DNA from: the human T2T-CHM13v2.0 reference genome, Homo sapiens
NCBI RefSeq assembly: GCF_009914755.1
Contig: NC_060925.1
DNA length: 64,000 nt
Strand: one strand, 5' to 3'
A program made the position numbers and the translations under genes. Shown here one piece after another: positions 1-14,357 of this stretch. The notes beneath the pieces are model-generated. The model was not told the DNA's origin, searched no databases, and saw only the letters and a list, made by a program, of their open reading frames with translations. Each line of letters starts with the position of its first letter. The stretch's first letter is position 1.

Positions 1-291
1 ATCATTGAATGGAATCGAATGGAATCATCATCAGATGGAAATGAATGGAATCGACATAGAATGGAATCGAATGGATTCATTGAATGGAATCAGATGGAAT
101 CATCGAATGGACTGGAATGGAATCATTGAATGGACTCGAAAGGGATCATGATTGAATGGAATTGAATGGAATCATCGAATGGTCTCGATTGGAATCATTA
201 TCAAATGGAATCGAATGGAATCACCGAATAGAATCGAATGGAACAATCATCGAATGGACTCAAATGGAATTATCCTCAAATGGAATCGAAT

Positions 292-337
292 GGAATTATC
301 GAATGCAATCGAATGGAATTATCGAATGCAATCGAAT
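292..337 (+). repeat. Internal 23-bp tandem doublet (GAATTATCGAATGCAATCGAAT[G/A])x2 in each unit
   Basis: Read directly at ~293-337. One copy is missing in the units at ~37121 and ~45978. Confidence 0.85.
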
Positions 338-604
338 AGAATCATCGAATGGACTCGAATGGAATCATCGAATGGAATGGAATGGAACAGTCAATGAACT
401 CGAATGGAATCATCATTGAATGGAATCGAATGGAATCATCGAGTGGAATCGAATGGAATTATGATCAAATGGAATCGAATGTAATCATCATCAAATGGAA
501 TCAAAAATAACCATCATCAATTGGTATTGAATGGAATTGTCATCAAATGGAATTCAAAGGAATCATCATCAAATGGAACCGAATGGAATCCTCATTGAAT
601 GGAA

Positions 605-1072
605 ATGAAAGGGGTCATCATCTAATGGAATCGCATGGAATCATCATCAAATGGAATCGAATGGAATCATCATCAAATGGAATCTAATGGAATCATTGAA
701 CAGAATTGAATGGAATCGTCATCGAATGAATTGAATGCAATCATCGAATGGTCTCGAATGGAATCATCTTCTAATGGAAAGGAATGGAATCATCGCATAG
801 AATCGAATGGAATTATCATCGAATGGAATCGAATGGTATCAACACCAAACGGAAAAAAACGGAATTATCGAATGGAATCGAAGAGAATCTTCGAACGGAC
901 CCGAATGGAATCATCTAATGGAATGGAATGGAATAATCCATGGACTCGAATGCAATCATCATCGAATGGAATCGAATGGAATCATCGAATGGACTCGAAT
1001 GGAATAATCATTGAACGGAATCGAATGGAATCATCATCGGATGGAAATGAATGGAATCATCATCGAATGGAA
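605..1072 (+). repeat. Internal 468-bp sub-repeat, copy A (present in each unit)
   Basis: Paralogous ORFs start at 710 and 1178 (offset 468). GGAAATGAAAGGGGTCATC at 601 aligns with GGAAATGAAAGGAGTCATC at 1069. Similarity ends at 1072/1540. Confidence 0.92.
685..695 (+). promoter_or_regulatory. TAATGGAATCA: match to the degenerate DUX4 double-homeodomain consensus (TAAYBBAATCA); second copy at 1618-1628; both recur per unit
   Basis: Motif seen directly. HSATII is known to be bound and activated by DUX4. Occupancy of these particular sites is not shown, and GG at the central positions is not the preferred consensus. Confidence 0.4.
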
Positions 1073-1540
1073 ATGAAAGGAGTCATCATCTAATGGAATT
1101 GCATGGAATCATCATAAAATGGAATCGAATGGAATCAACCTCAAATGGAATCAAATGGAATCATTGAACGGAATTGAATGGAATCGTCATCGAATGAATT
1201 GACTGCAATCATCGAATGGTCTCGAATGGAATCATCTTCAAATGGAATGGAATGGAATCATCGCATAGAATCGAATGGAATTATCATCGAATGGAATCGA
1301 ATGGAATCAACATCAAACGGAAAAAAACGGAATTATCGAATGGAATCGAAGAGAATCATCGAATGGACCCGAATGGAATCATCTAATGGAATGGAATGGA
1401 ATAATCCATGGACTCGAATGCAATCATCATCGAATGGAATCGAATGGAATCATCGAATGGACTCGAATGGAATAATCATTGAACGGAATCGAATGGAATC
1501 ATCATCGGATGGAAATGAATGGAATCATCATCGAATGGAA
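1073..1540 (+). repeat. Internal 468-bp sub-repeat, copy B
   Basis: About 13 substitutions versus copy A by manual count, e.g. GAATGC/GACTGC, ACAGA/ACGGA, GGTATC/GGAATC, CACCA/CATCA, CTTCGAAC/CATCGAAT. Confidence 0.92.
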
Positions 1541-4500
1541 TCGAATAGAATTATGGAATGAAATCCAGTGTGATCATCATCGAATGGACCCGAATGGAAT
1601 CATCATCCAACGGAAGCTAATGGAATCAACATCGAATGAATCGAATGGAAACACCATCGAATTGAAACGAATGGAATTATCATGAAATTGAAATGGATGG
1701 ACTCATCATCGAATGGATTCGAATGGAATCATCGAATAAAATTGATTGAAATCATCATCCAATGGAATCGAATGGTATCATTGAATGGAATCGAATGGAA
1801 TCATCATCAGATGGAAATGAATGGAATCGTCATAGAATGGAATCGAATGGATTCATTGAATGGAATCAGATGGAATCATCGAATGGACTGGAATGGAATC
1901 ATTGAATGGACTCGAAAGGGATCATGATTGAATGGAATTGAATGGAATCATCGAATGGTCTCGATTGGAATCATTATCAAATGGAATCGAATGGAATCAC
2001 CGAATAGAATCGAATGGAACAATCATCGAATGGACTCAAATGGAATTATCCTCCAATGGAATCGAATGGAATTATCGAATGCAATCGAATGGAATTATCG
2101 AATGCAATCGAATAGAATCATCGAATGGACTCGAATGGAATCATCGAATGGAATGGAATGGAACAGTCAATGAACTCGAATGGAATCATCATTGAATGGA
2201 ATCGAATGGAATCATCGAGTGGAATCGAATGGAATTATGATCAAATGGAATCGAATGTAATCATCATCAAATGGAATCAAAAATAACCATCATCAATTGG
2301 TATTGAATGGAATTGTCATCAAATGGAATTCAAAGGAATCATCATCAAATGGAACCGAATGGAATCCTCATTGAATGGAAATGAAAGGGGTCATCATCTA
2401 ATGGAATCGCATGGAATCATCATCAAATGGAATCGAATGGAATCATCATCAAATGGAATCTAATGGAATCATTGAACAGAATTGAATGGAATCGTCATCG
2501 AATGAATTGAATGCAATCATCGAATGGTCTCGAATGGAATCATCTTCTAATGGAAAGGAATGGAATCATCGCATAGAATCGAATGGAATTATCATCGAAT
2601 GGAATCGAATGGTATCAACACCAAACGGAAAAATACGGAATTATCGAATGGAATCGAAGAGAATCTTCGAACGGACCCAAATGGAATCATCTAATGGAAT
2701 GGAATGGAATAATCCATGGACTCGAATGCAATCATCATCGAATGGAATGGAATGGAATCATCGAATGGACTCGAATGGAATAATAATTGAACGGAATCGA
2801 ATGGAATCATCATCGGATGGAAACGAATGGAATCATCATCGAATGGAAATGAAAGGAGTCATCATCTAATGGAATTGCATGGAATCATCATAAAATGGAA
2901 TCGAATGGAATCAACATCAAATGGAATCAAATGGAATCATTGAACGGAATTGAATGGAATCGTCATCGAATGAATTGACTGCAATCATCGAATGGTCTCG
3001 AATGGAATCATCTTCAAATGGAATGGAATGGAATCATCGCATAGAATCGAATGGAATTATCATCGAATGGAATCGAATGGAATCAACATCAAACGGAAAA
3101 AAACGGAATTATCGAATGGAATTGAAGAGAATCATCGAATGGACCCGAATGGAATCATCTAATGGAATGGAATGGAATAATCCATGGACTCGAATGCAAT
3201 CATCATCGAATGGAATCGAATGGAATCATCGAATGGACTCGAATGGAATAATCATTGAACGGAATCGAATGGAATCATCATCGGATGGAAATGAATGGAA
3301 TCATCATCGAATGGAATCGAATATAATTATGGAATGAAATCCAGTGTGATCATCATCGAATGGACCCGAATGGAATCATCATCCAACGGAAGCTAATGGA
3401 ATCAACATCGAATGAATCGAATGGAAACACCATCGAATTGAAACGAATGGAATTATCATGAAATTGAAATGGATGGACTCATCATCGAATGGATTCGAAT
3501 GGAATCATCGAATAAAATTGATTGAAATCATCATCCAATGGAATCGAATGGTATCATTGAATGGAAACGAATGGAATCATCATCAGATGGAAATGAATGG
3601 AATCGTCATAGAATGGAATCGAATGGATTCATTGAATGGAATCAGATGGAATCATCGAATGGACTGGAATGGAATCATTGAATGGACTCGAAAGGGATCA
3701 TGATTGAATGGAATTGAATGGAATCATCGAATGGTCTCGATTGGAATCATTATCAAATGGAATCGAATGGAATCACCGAATACAATCGAATGGAACAATC
3801 ATCGAATGGACTCAAATGGAATTATCCTCCAATGGAATCGAATGGAATTATCGAATGCAATCGAATGGAATTATCGAATGCAATCGAATAGAATCATCGA
3901 ATGGACTCGAATGGAATCATCGAATGGAATGGAATGGAACAGTCAATGAACTCGAATGGAATCATCATTGAATGGAATCGAATGGAATCATCGAGTGGAA
4001 TCGAATGGAATTATGATCAAATGGAATCGAATGTAATCATCATCAAATGGAATCAAAAATAACCATCATCAATTGGTATTGAATGGAATTGTCATCAAAT
4101 GGAATTCAAAGGAATCATCATCAAATGGAACCGAATGGAATCCTCATTGAATGGAAATGAAAGGGGTCATCATCTAATGGAATCGCATGGAATCATCATC
4201 AAATGGAATCGAATGGAATCATCATCAAATGGAATCTAATGGAATCATTGAACAGAATTGAATGGAATCGTCATCGAATGAATTGAATGCAATCATCGAA
4301 TGGTCTCGAATGGAATCATCTTCTAATGGAAAGGAATGGAATCATCGCATAGAATCGAATGGAATTATCATCGAATGGAATCAAATGGTATCAACACCAA
4401 ACGGAAAAAAACGGAATTATCGAATGGAATCGAAGAGAATCTTCGAACGGACCCGAATGGAATCATCTAATGGAATGGAATGGAATAATCCATGGACTCG

Positions 4501-7500
4501 AATGCAATCATCATCGAATGGAATGGAATGGAATCATCGAATGGACTCGAATGGAATAATCATTGAACGGAATCGAATGGAATCATCATCGGATGGAAAC
4601 GAATGGAATCATCATCGAATGGAAATGAAAGGAGTCATCATCTAATGGAATTGCATGGAATCATCATAAAATGGAATCGAATGGAATCAACATCAAATGG
4701 AATCAAATGGAATCATTGAACGGAATTGAATGGAATCGTCATCGAATGAATTGACTGCAATCATCGAATGGTCTCGAATGGAATCATCTTCAAATGGAAT
4801 GGAATGGAATCATCGCATAGAATCGAATGGAATTATCATCGAATGGAATCGAATGGAATCAACATCAAATGGAAAAAAACGGAATTATCGAATGGAATCG
4901 AAGAGAATCATCGAATGGACCCGAATGGAATCATCTAATGGAATGGAATGGAATAATCCATGGACTCGAATGCAATCATCATCGAATGGAATCGAATGGA
5001 ATCATCGAATGGACTCGAATGGAATAATCATTGAACGGAATCGAATGGAATCATCATCGGATGGAAATGAATGGAATCATCATCGAATGGAATCGAATAG
5101 AATTATGGAATGAAATCCAGTGTGATCATCATCGAATGGACCCGAATGGAATCATCATCCAACGGAAGCTAATGGAATCAACATCGAATGAATCGAATGG
5201 AAACACCATCGAATTGAAACGAATGGAATTATCATGAAATTGAAATGGATGGACTCATCATCGAATGGATTCGAATGGAATCATCGAATAAAATTGATTG
5301 AAATCATCATCGAATGGAATCGAATGGTATCATTGAATGGAATCGAATGGAATCATCATCAGATGGAAATGAATGGAATCGTCATAGAATGGAATCGAAT
5401 GGATTCATTGAATGGAATCAGATGGAATCATCGAATGGACTGGAATGGAATCATTGAATGGACTCGAAAGGGATCATGATTGAATGGAATTGAATGGAAT
5501 CATCGAATGGTCTCGATTGGAATCATTATCAAATGGAATCGAATGGAATCACCGAATAGAATCGAATGGAACAATCATCGAATGGACTCAAATGGAATTA
5601 TCCTCAAATGGAATCGAATGGAATTATCGAATGCAATCGAATGGAATTATCGAATACAATCGAATAGAATCATCGAAAGGACTCGAATGGAATCATCGAA
5701 TGGAATGGAATGGAACAGTCAATGAACTCGAATGGAATCATCATTGAATGGAATCGAATGGAATCATCGAGTGGAATCGAATGGAATTATGATCAAATGG
5801 AATCTAATGGAATCATCATCAAATGGAATCAAAAATAACCATCATCAATTGGTATTGAATGGAATTGTCATCAAATGGAATTCAAAGGAATCATCATCAA
5901 ATGGAACCGAATGGAATCCTCATTGAATGGAAATGAAAGGGGTCATCATCTAATGGAATCGCATGGAATCATCATCAAATGGAATCGAATGGAATCATCA
6001 TCAAATGGAATCTAATGGAATCATTGAACAGAATTGAATGGAATCGTCATCGAATGAATTGAATGCAATCATCGAATGGTCTCGAATGGAATCATCTTCT
6101 AATGGAAAGGAATGGAATCATCGCATAGAATCGAATGGAATTATCATCGAATGGAATCAAATGGTATCAACACCAAACGGAAAAAAACGGAATTATCGAA
6201 TGGAATCGAAGAGAATCTTCGAACGGACCCGAATGGAATCATCTAATGGAATGGAATGGAATAATCCATGGACTCGAATGCAATCATCATCGAATGGAAT
6301 GGAATGGAATCATCGAATGGACTCGAATGGAATAATCATTGAACGGAATCGAATGGAATCATCATCGGATGGAAACGAATGGAATCATCATCGAATGGAA
6401 ATGAAAGGAGTCATCATCTAATGGAATTGCATGGAATCATCATAAAATGGAATCGAATGGAATCAACATCAAATGGAATCAAATGGAATCATTGAACGGA
6501 ATTGAATGGAATCGTCATCGAATGAATTGACTGCAATCATCGAATGGTCTCGAATGGAATCATCTTCAAATGGAATGGAATGGAATCATCGCATAGAATC
6601 GAATGGAATTATCATCGAATGGAATCGAATGGAATCAACATCAAACGGAAAAAAACGGAATTATCGAATGGAATCGAAGAGAATCATCGAATGGACCCGA
6701 ATGGAATCATCTAATGGAATGGAATGGAATAATCCATGGACTCGAATGCAATCATCATCGAATGGAATCGAATGGAATCATCGAATGGACTCGAATGGAA
6801 TAATCATTGAACGGAATCGAATGGAATCATCATCGGATGGAAATGAATGGAATCATCATCGAATGGAATCGAATAGAATTATGGAATGAAATCCAGTGTG
6901 ATCATCATCGAATGGACCCGAATGGAATCATCATCCAACGGAAGCTAATGGAATCAACATCGAATGAATCGAATGGAAACACCATCGAATTGAAACGAAT
7001 GGAATTATCATGAAATTGAAATGGATGGACTCATCATCGAATGGATTCGAATGGAATCATCGAATAAAATTGATTGAAATCATTATCCAATGGAATCGAA
7101 TGGTATCATTGAATGGAATCGAATGGAATCATCATCAGATGGAAATGAATGGAATCGTCATAGAATGGAATCGAATGGATTCATTGAATGGAATCAGATG
7201 GAATCATCGAATGGACTGGAATGGAATCATTGAATGGACTCGAAAGGGATCATGATTGAATGGAATTGAATGGAATCATCGAATGGTCTCGATTGGAATC
7301 ATTATCAAATGGAATCGAATGGAATCACCAAATAGAATCGAATGGAACAATCATCGAATGGACTCAAATGGAATTATCCTCAAATGGAATCGAATGGAAT
7401 TATCGAATGCAATCGAATGGAATTATCGAATGCAATCGAATAGAATCATCGAAAGGACTCGAATGGAATCATCGAATGGAATGGAATGGAACAGTCAATG

Positions 7501-8869
7501 AACTCGAATGGAATCATCATTGAATGGAATCGAATGGAATCATCGAGTGGAATCGAATGGAATTATGATCAAATGGAATCGAATGTAATCATCATCAAAT
7601 GGAATCAAAAATAACCATCATCAATTGGTATTGAATGGAATTGTCATCAAATGGAATTCAAAGGAATCATCATCAAATGGAACCGAATGGAATCCTCATT
7701 GAATGGAAATGAAAGGGGTCATCATCTAATGGAATCGCATGGAATCATCATCAAATGGAATCGAATGGAATCATCATCAAATGGAATCTAATGGAATCAT
7801 TGAACAGAATTGAATGGAATCGTCATCGAATGAATTGAATGCAATCATCGAATGGTCTCGAATGGAATCATCTTCTAATGGAAAGGAATGGAATCATCGC
7901 ATAGAATCGAATGGAATTATCATCGAATGGAATCGAATGGTATCAACACCAAACGGAAAAAAACGGAATTATCGAATGGAATCGAAGAGAATCTTCGAAC
8001 GGACCCGAATGGAATCATCTAATGGAATGGAATGGAATAATCCATGGACTCGAATGCAATCATCATCGAATGGAATGGAATGGAATCATCGAATGGACTC
8101 GAATGGAATAATCATTGAACGGAATCGAATGGAATCATCATCGGATGGAAACGAATGGAATCATCATCGAATGGAAATGAAAGGAGTCATCATCTAATGG
8201 AATTGCATGGAATCATCATAAAATGGAATCGAATGGAATCAACATCAAATGGAATCAAATGGAATCATTGAACGGAATTGAATGGAATCGTCATCGAATG
8301 AATTGACTGCAATCATCGAATGGTCTCGAATGGAATCATCTTCAAATGGAATGGAATGGAATCATCGCATAGAATCGAATGGAATTATCATCGAATGGAA
8401 TCGAATGGAATCAACATCAAACGGAAAAAAACAGAATTATCGTATGGAATCGAAGAGAATCATCGAATGGACCCGAATGGAATCATCTAATGGAATGGAA
8501 TGGAATAATCCATGGACTCGAATGCAATCATCATCGAATGGAATCGAATGGAATCATCGAATGGACTCGAATGGAATAATCATTGAACGGAATCGAATGG
8601 AATCATCATCGGATGGAAATGAATGGAATCATCATCGAATGGAATCGAATAGAATTATGGAATGAAATCCAGTGTGATCATCATCGAATGGACCCGAATG
8701 GAATCATGATCCAACGGAAGCTAATGGAATCAACATCGAATGAATCGAATGGAAACACCATCGAATTGAAACGAATGGAATTATCATGAAATTGAAATGG
8801 ATGGACTCATCATCGAATGGATTCGAATGGAATCATCGAATAAAATTGATTGAAATCATCATCGAATGA

Positions 8870-11800
8870 AATCGAATGGTATCATTGAATGGAATCGAAT
8901 GGAATCATCATCAGATGGAAATGAATGGAATCGTCATAGAATGGAATCGAATGGATTCATTGAATGGAATCAGATGGAATCATCGAATGGACTGGAATGG
9001 AATCATTGAATGGACTCGAAAGGGATCATGATTGAATGGAATTGAATGGAATCATCGAATGGTCTCGATTGGAATCATTATCAAATGGAATCGAATGGAA
9101 TCACCGAATAGAATCGAATGGAACAATCATCGAATGGACTCAAATGGAATTATCCTCAAATGGAATCGAATGGAATTATCGAATGCAATCGAATGGAATT
9201 ATCGAATGCAATCGAATAGAATCATCGAATGGACTCGAATGGAATCATCGAATGGAATGGAATGGAACAGTCAATGAACTCGAATGGAATCATCATTGAA
9301 TGGAATCGAATGGAATCATCGAGTGGAATCGAATGGAATTATGATCAAATGGAATCGAATGTAATCATCATCAAATGGAATCAAAAATAACCATCATCAA
9401 TTGGTATTGAATGGAATTGTCATCAAATGGAATTCAAAGGAATCATCATCAAATGGAACCGAATGGAATCCTCATTGAATGGAAATGAAAGGGGTCATCA
9501 TCTAATGGAATCGCATGGAATCATCATCAAATGGAATCGAATGGAATCATCATCAAATGGAATCTAATGGAATCATTGAACAGAATTGAATGGAATCGTC
9601 ATCGAATGAATTGAATGCAATCATCGAATGGTCTCGAATGGAATCATCTTCTAATGGAAAGCAATGGAATCATCGCATAGAATCGAATGGAATTATCATC
9701 GAATGGAATCGAATGGTATCAACACCAAACGGAAAAAAACGGAATTATCGAATGGAATCGAAGAGAATCTTCGAACGGACCCGAATGGAATCATCTAATG
9801 GAATGGAATGGAATAATCCATGGACTCGAATGCAATCATCATCGAATGGAATGGAATGGAATCATCGAATGGACTCGAATGGAATAATCATTGAACGGAA
9901 TCGAATGGAATCATCATCGGATGGAAACGAATGGAATCATCATCGAATGGAAATGAAAGGAGTCATCATCTAATGGAATTGCATGGAATCATCATAAAAT
10001 GGAATCGAATGGAATCCACATCAAATGGAATCAAATGGAATCATTGAACGGAATTGAATGGAATCGTCATCGAATGAATTGACTGCAATCATCGAATGGG
10101 CTCGAATGGAATCATCTTCAAATGGAATGGAATGGAATCATCGCATAGAATCGAATGGAATTATCATCGAATGGAATCGAATGGAATCAACATCAAATGG
10201 AAAAAAACGGAATTATCGAATGGAATCGAAGAGAATCATCGAATGGACCCGAATGGAATCATCTAATGGAATGGAATGGAATAATCCATGGACTCGAATG
10301 CAATCATCATCGAATGGAATCGAATGGAATCATCGAATGGACTCGAATGGAATAATCATTGAACGGAATCGAATGGAATCATCATCGGATGGAAATGAAT
10401 GGAATCATCATCGAATGGAATCGAATAGAATTATGGAATGAAATCCAGTGTGATCATCATCGAATGGACCCGAATGGAATCATCATCCAACGGAAGCTAA
10501 TGGAATCAACATCGAATGAATCGAATGGAAACACCATCGAATTGAAACGAATGGAATTATCATGAAATTGAAATGGATGGACTCATCATCGAATGGATTC
10601 GAATGGAATCATCGAATAAAATTGATTGAAATCATCATCCAATGGAATCGAATGGTATCATTGAATGGAATCGAATGGAATCATCATCAGATGGAAATGA
10701 ATGGAATCGTCATAGAATGGAATCGAATGGATTCATTGAATGGAATCAGATGGAATCATCGAATGGACTGGAATGGAATCATTGAATGGACTCGAAAGGG
10801 ATCATGATTGAATGGAATTGAATGGAATCATCGAATGGTCTCGATTGGAATCATTATCAAATGGAATCGAATGGAATCACCGAATAGAATCGAATGGAAC
10901 AATCATCGAATGGACTCAAATGGAATTATCCTCAAATGGAATCGAATGGAATTATCGAATGCAATCGAATGGAATTATCGAATGCAATCGAATAGAATCA
11001 TCGAATGGACTCGAATGGAATCATCGAATGGAATGGAATGGAACAGTCAATGAACTCGAATGGAATCATCATTGAATGGAATCGAATGGAATCATCGAGT
11101 GGAATCGAATGGAATTATGATCAAATGGAATCGAATGTAATCATCATCAAATGGAATCAAAAATAACCATCATCAATTGGTATTGAATGGAATTGTCATC
11201 AAATGGAATTCAAAGGAATCATCATCAAATGGAACCGAATGGAATCCTCATTGAATGGAAATGAAAGGGGTCATCATCTAATGGAATCGCATGGAATCAT
11301 CATCAAATGGAATCGAATGGAATCATCATCAAATGGAATCTAATGGAATCATTGAACAGAATTGAATGGAATCGTCATCGAATGAATTGAATGCAATCAT
11401 CGAATGGTCTCGAATGGAATCATCTTCTAATGGAAAGCAATGGAATCATCGCATAGAATCGAATGGAATTATCATCGAATGGAATCGAATGGTATCAACA
11501 CCAAACGGAAAAAAACGGAATTATCGAATGGAATCGAAGAGAATCTTCGAACGGACCCGAATGGAATCATCTAATGGAATGGAATGGAATAATCCATGGA
11601 CTCGAATGCAATCATCATCGAATGGAATGGAATGGAATCATCGAATGGACTCGAATGGAATAATCATTGAACGGAATCGAATGGAATCATCATCGGATGG
11701 AAACGAATGGAATCATCATCGAATGGAAATGAAAGGAGTCATCATCTAATGGAATTGCATGGAATCATCATAAAATGGAATCGAATGGAATCCACATCAA

Positions 11801-12851
11801 ATGGAATCAAATGGAATCATTGAACGGAATTGAATGGAATCGTCATCGAATGAATTGACTGCAATCATCGAATGGGCTCGAATGGAATCATCTTCAAATG
11901 GAATGGAATGGAATCATCGCATAGAATCGAATGGAATTATCATCGAATGGAATCGAATGGAATCAACATCAAATGGAAAAAAACGGAATTATCGAATGGA
12001 ATCGAAGAGAATCATCGAATGGACCCGAATGGAATCATCTAATGGAATGGAATGGAATAATCCATGGACTCGAATGCAATCATCATCGAATGGAATCGAA
12101 TGGAATCATCGAATGGACTCGAATGGAATAATCATTGAACGGAATCGAATGGAATCATCATCGGATGGAAATGAATGGAATCATCATCGAATGGAATCGA
12201 ATAGAATTATGGAATGAAATCCAGTGTGATCATCATCGAATGGACCCGAATGGAATCATCATCCAACGGAAGCTAATGGAATCAACATCGAATGAATCGA
12301 ATGGAAACACCATCGAATTGAAACGAATGGAATTATCATGAAATTGAAATGGATGGACTCATCATCGAATGGATTCGAATGGAATCATCGAATAAAATTG
12401 ATTGAAATCATCATCCAATGGAATCGAATGGTATCATTGAATGGAATCGAATGGAATCATCATCAGATGGAAATGAATGGAATCGTCATAGAATGGAATC
12501 GAATGGATTCATTGAATGGAATCAGATGGAATCATCGAATGGACTGGAATGGAATCATTGAATGGACTCGAAAGGGATCATGATTGAATGGAATTGAATG
12601 GAATCATCGAATGGTCTCGATTGGAATCATTATCAAATGGAATCGAATGGAATCACCGAATAGAATCGAATGGAACAATCATCGAATGGACTCAAATGGA
12701 ATTATCCTCAAATGGAATCGAATGGAATTATCGAATGCAATCGAATGGAATTATCGAATGCAATCGAATAGAATCATCGAATGGACTCGAATGGAATCAT
12801 CGAATGGAATGGAATGGAACAGTCAATGAACTCGAATGGAATCATCATTGA
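8870..12851 (+). repeat. Recent single-unit (1776 bp) tandem duplication
   Basis: Private variants AAAGCAAT (9662/11438), ATCCACA (10016/11792) and GGGCTCG (10100/11876) occur only in these two adjacent units. Flanking mismatches at 8869/10645 and 11076/12852. Confidence 0.85.
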
Positions 12852-14357
12852 TTGGAATCGAATGGAATCATCGAGTGGAATCGAATGGAATTATGATCAA
12901 ATGGAATCGAATGTAATCATCATCAAATGGAATCAAAAATAACCATCATCAATTGGTATTGAATGGAATTGTCATCAAATGGAATTCAAAGGAATCATCA
13001 TCAAATGGAACCGAATGGAATCCTCATTGAATGGAAATGAAAGGGGTCATCATCTAATGGAATCGCATGGAATCATCATCAAATGGAATCGAATGGAATC
13101 ATCATCAAATGGAATCTAATGGAATCATTGAACAGAATTGAATGGAATCGTCATCGAATGAATTGAATGCAATCATCGAATGGTCTCGAATGGAATCATC
13201 TTCTAATGGAAAGGAATGGAATCATCGCATAGAATCGAATGGAATTATCATCGAATGGAATCGAATGGTATCAACACCAAACGGAAAAAAACGGAATTAT
13301 CGAATGGAATCGAAGAGAATCTTCGAACGGACCCGAATGGAATCATCTAATGGAATGGAATGGAATAATCCATGGACTCGAATGCAATCATCATCGAATG
13401 GAATCGAATGGAGTCATCGAATGGACTCGAATGGAATAATCATTGAACGGAATCGAATGGAATCATCATCGGATGGAAACGAATGGAATCATCATCGAAT
13501 GGAAATGAAAGGAGTCATCATCTAATGGAATTGCATGGAATCATCATAAAATGCAATCGAATGGAATCAACATCAAATGGAATCAAATGGAATCATTGAA
13601 CGGAATTGAATGGAATCGTCATCGAATGAATTGACTGCAATCATCGAATGGTCTCGAATGGAATCATCTTCAAATGGAATGGAATGGAATCATCGCATAG
13701 AATCGAATGGAATTATCATCGAATGGAATCGAATGGAATCAACATCAAACGGAAAAAAACAGAATTATCGTATGGAATCGAAGAGAATCATCGAATGGAC
13801 CCGAATGGAATCATCTAATGGAATGGAATGGAATAATCCATGGACTCGAATGCAATCATCATCGAATGGAATCGAATGGAATCATCGAATGGACTCGAAT
13901 GGAATAATCATTGAACGGAATCGAATGGAATCATCATCGGATGGAAATGAATGGAATCATCATCGAATGGAATCGAATAGAATTATGGAATGAAATCCAG
14001 TGTGATCATCATCGAATGGACCCGAATGGAATCATCATCCAACGGAAGCTAATGGAATCAACATCGAATGAATCGAATGGAAACACCATCGAATTGAAAC
14101 GAATGGAATTATCATGAAATTGAAATGGATGGACACATCATCGAATGGATTCGAATGGAATCATCGAATAAAATTGATTGAAATCATCATCAAATGGAAT
14201 CGAATGGTATCATTGAATGGAATCGAATGGAATCATCATCAGATGGAAATGAATGGAATCGTCATAGAATGGAATCGAATGGATTCATTGAATGGAATCA
14301 GATGGAATCATCGAATGGACTGGAATGGAATCATTGAATGGACTCGAAAGGGATCAT

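Larger units (their letters stand above)
550..2325 (+). repeat. Representative full-length 1776-bp unit (EcoRI to EcoRI)
   Basis: GAATTC at 550-555 and again at 2326-2331. Once-per-unit landmarks include TCCAGTGTGATC (~1564), CGGAAGCTAA (~1611), CGAAAGGGATC (~1913), GAACAGTCAATG (~2161) and CAAAAATAACC (~2278). Confidence 0.95.

Noticed and set aside
1735-1740. AATAAA polyadenylation-like hexamer once per unit
   Set aside because: A single hexamer in A-rich satellite with no clear GU-rich downstream element; not supportable without transcript 3'-end data.
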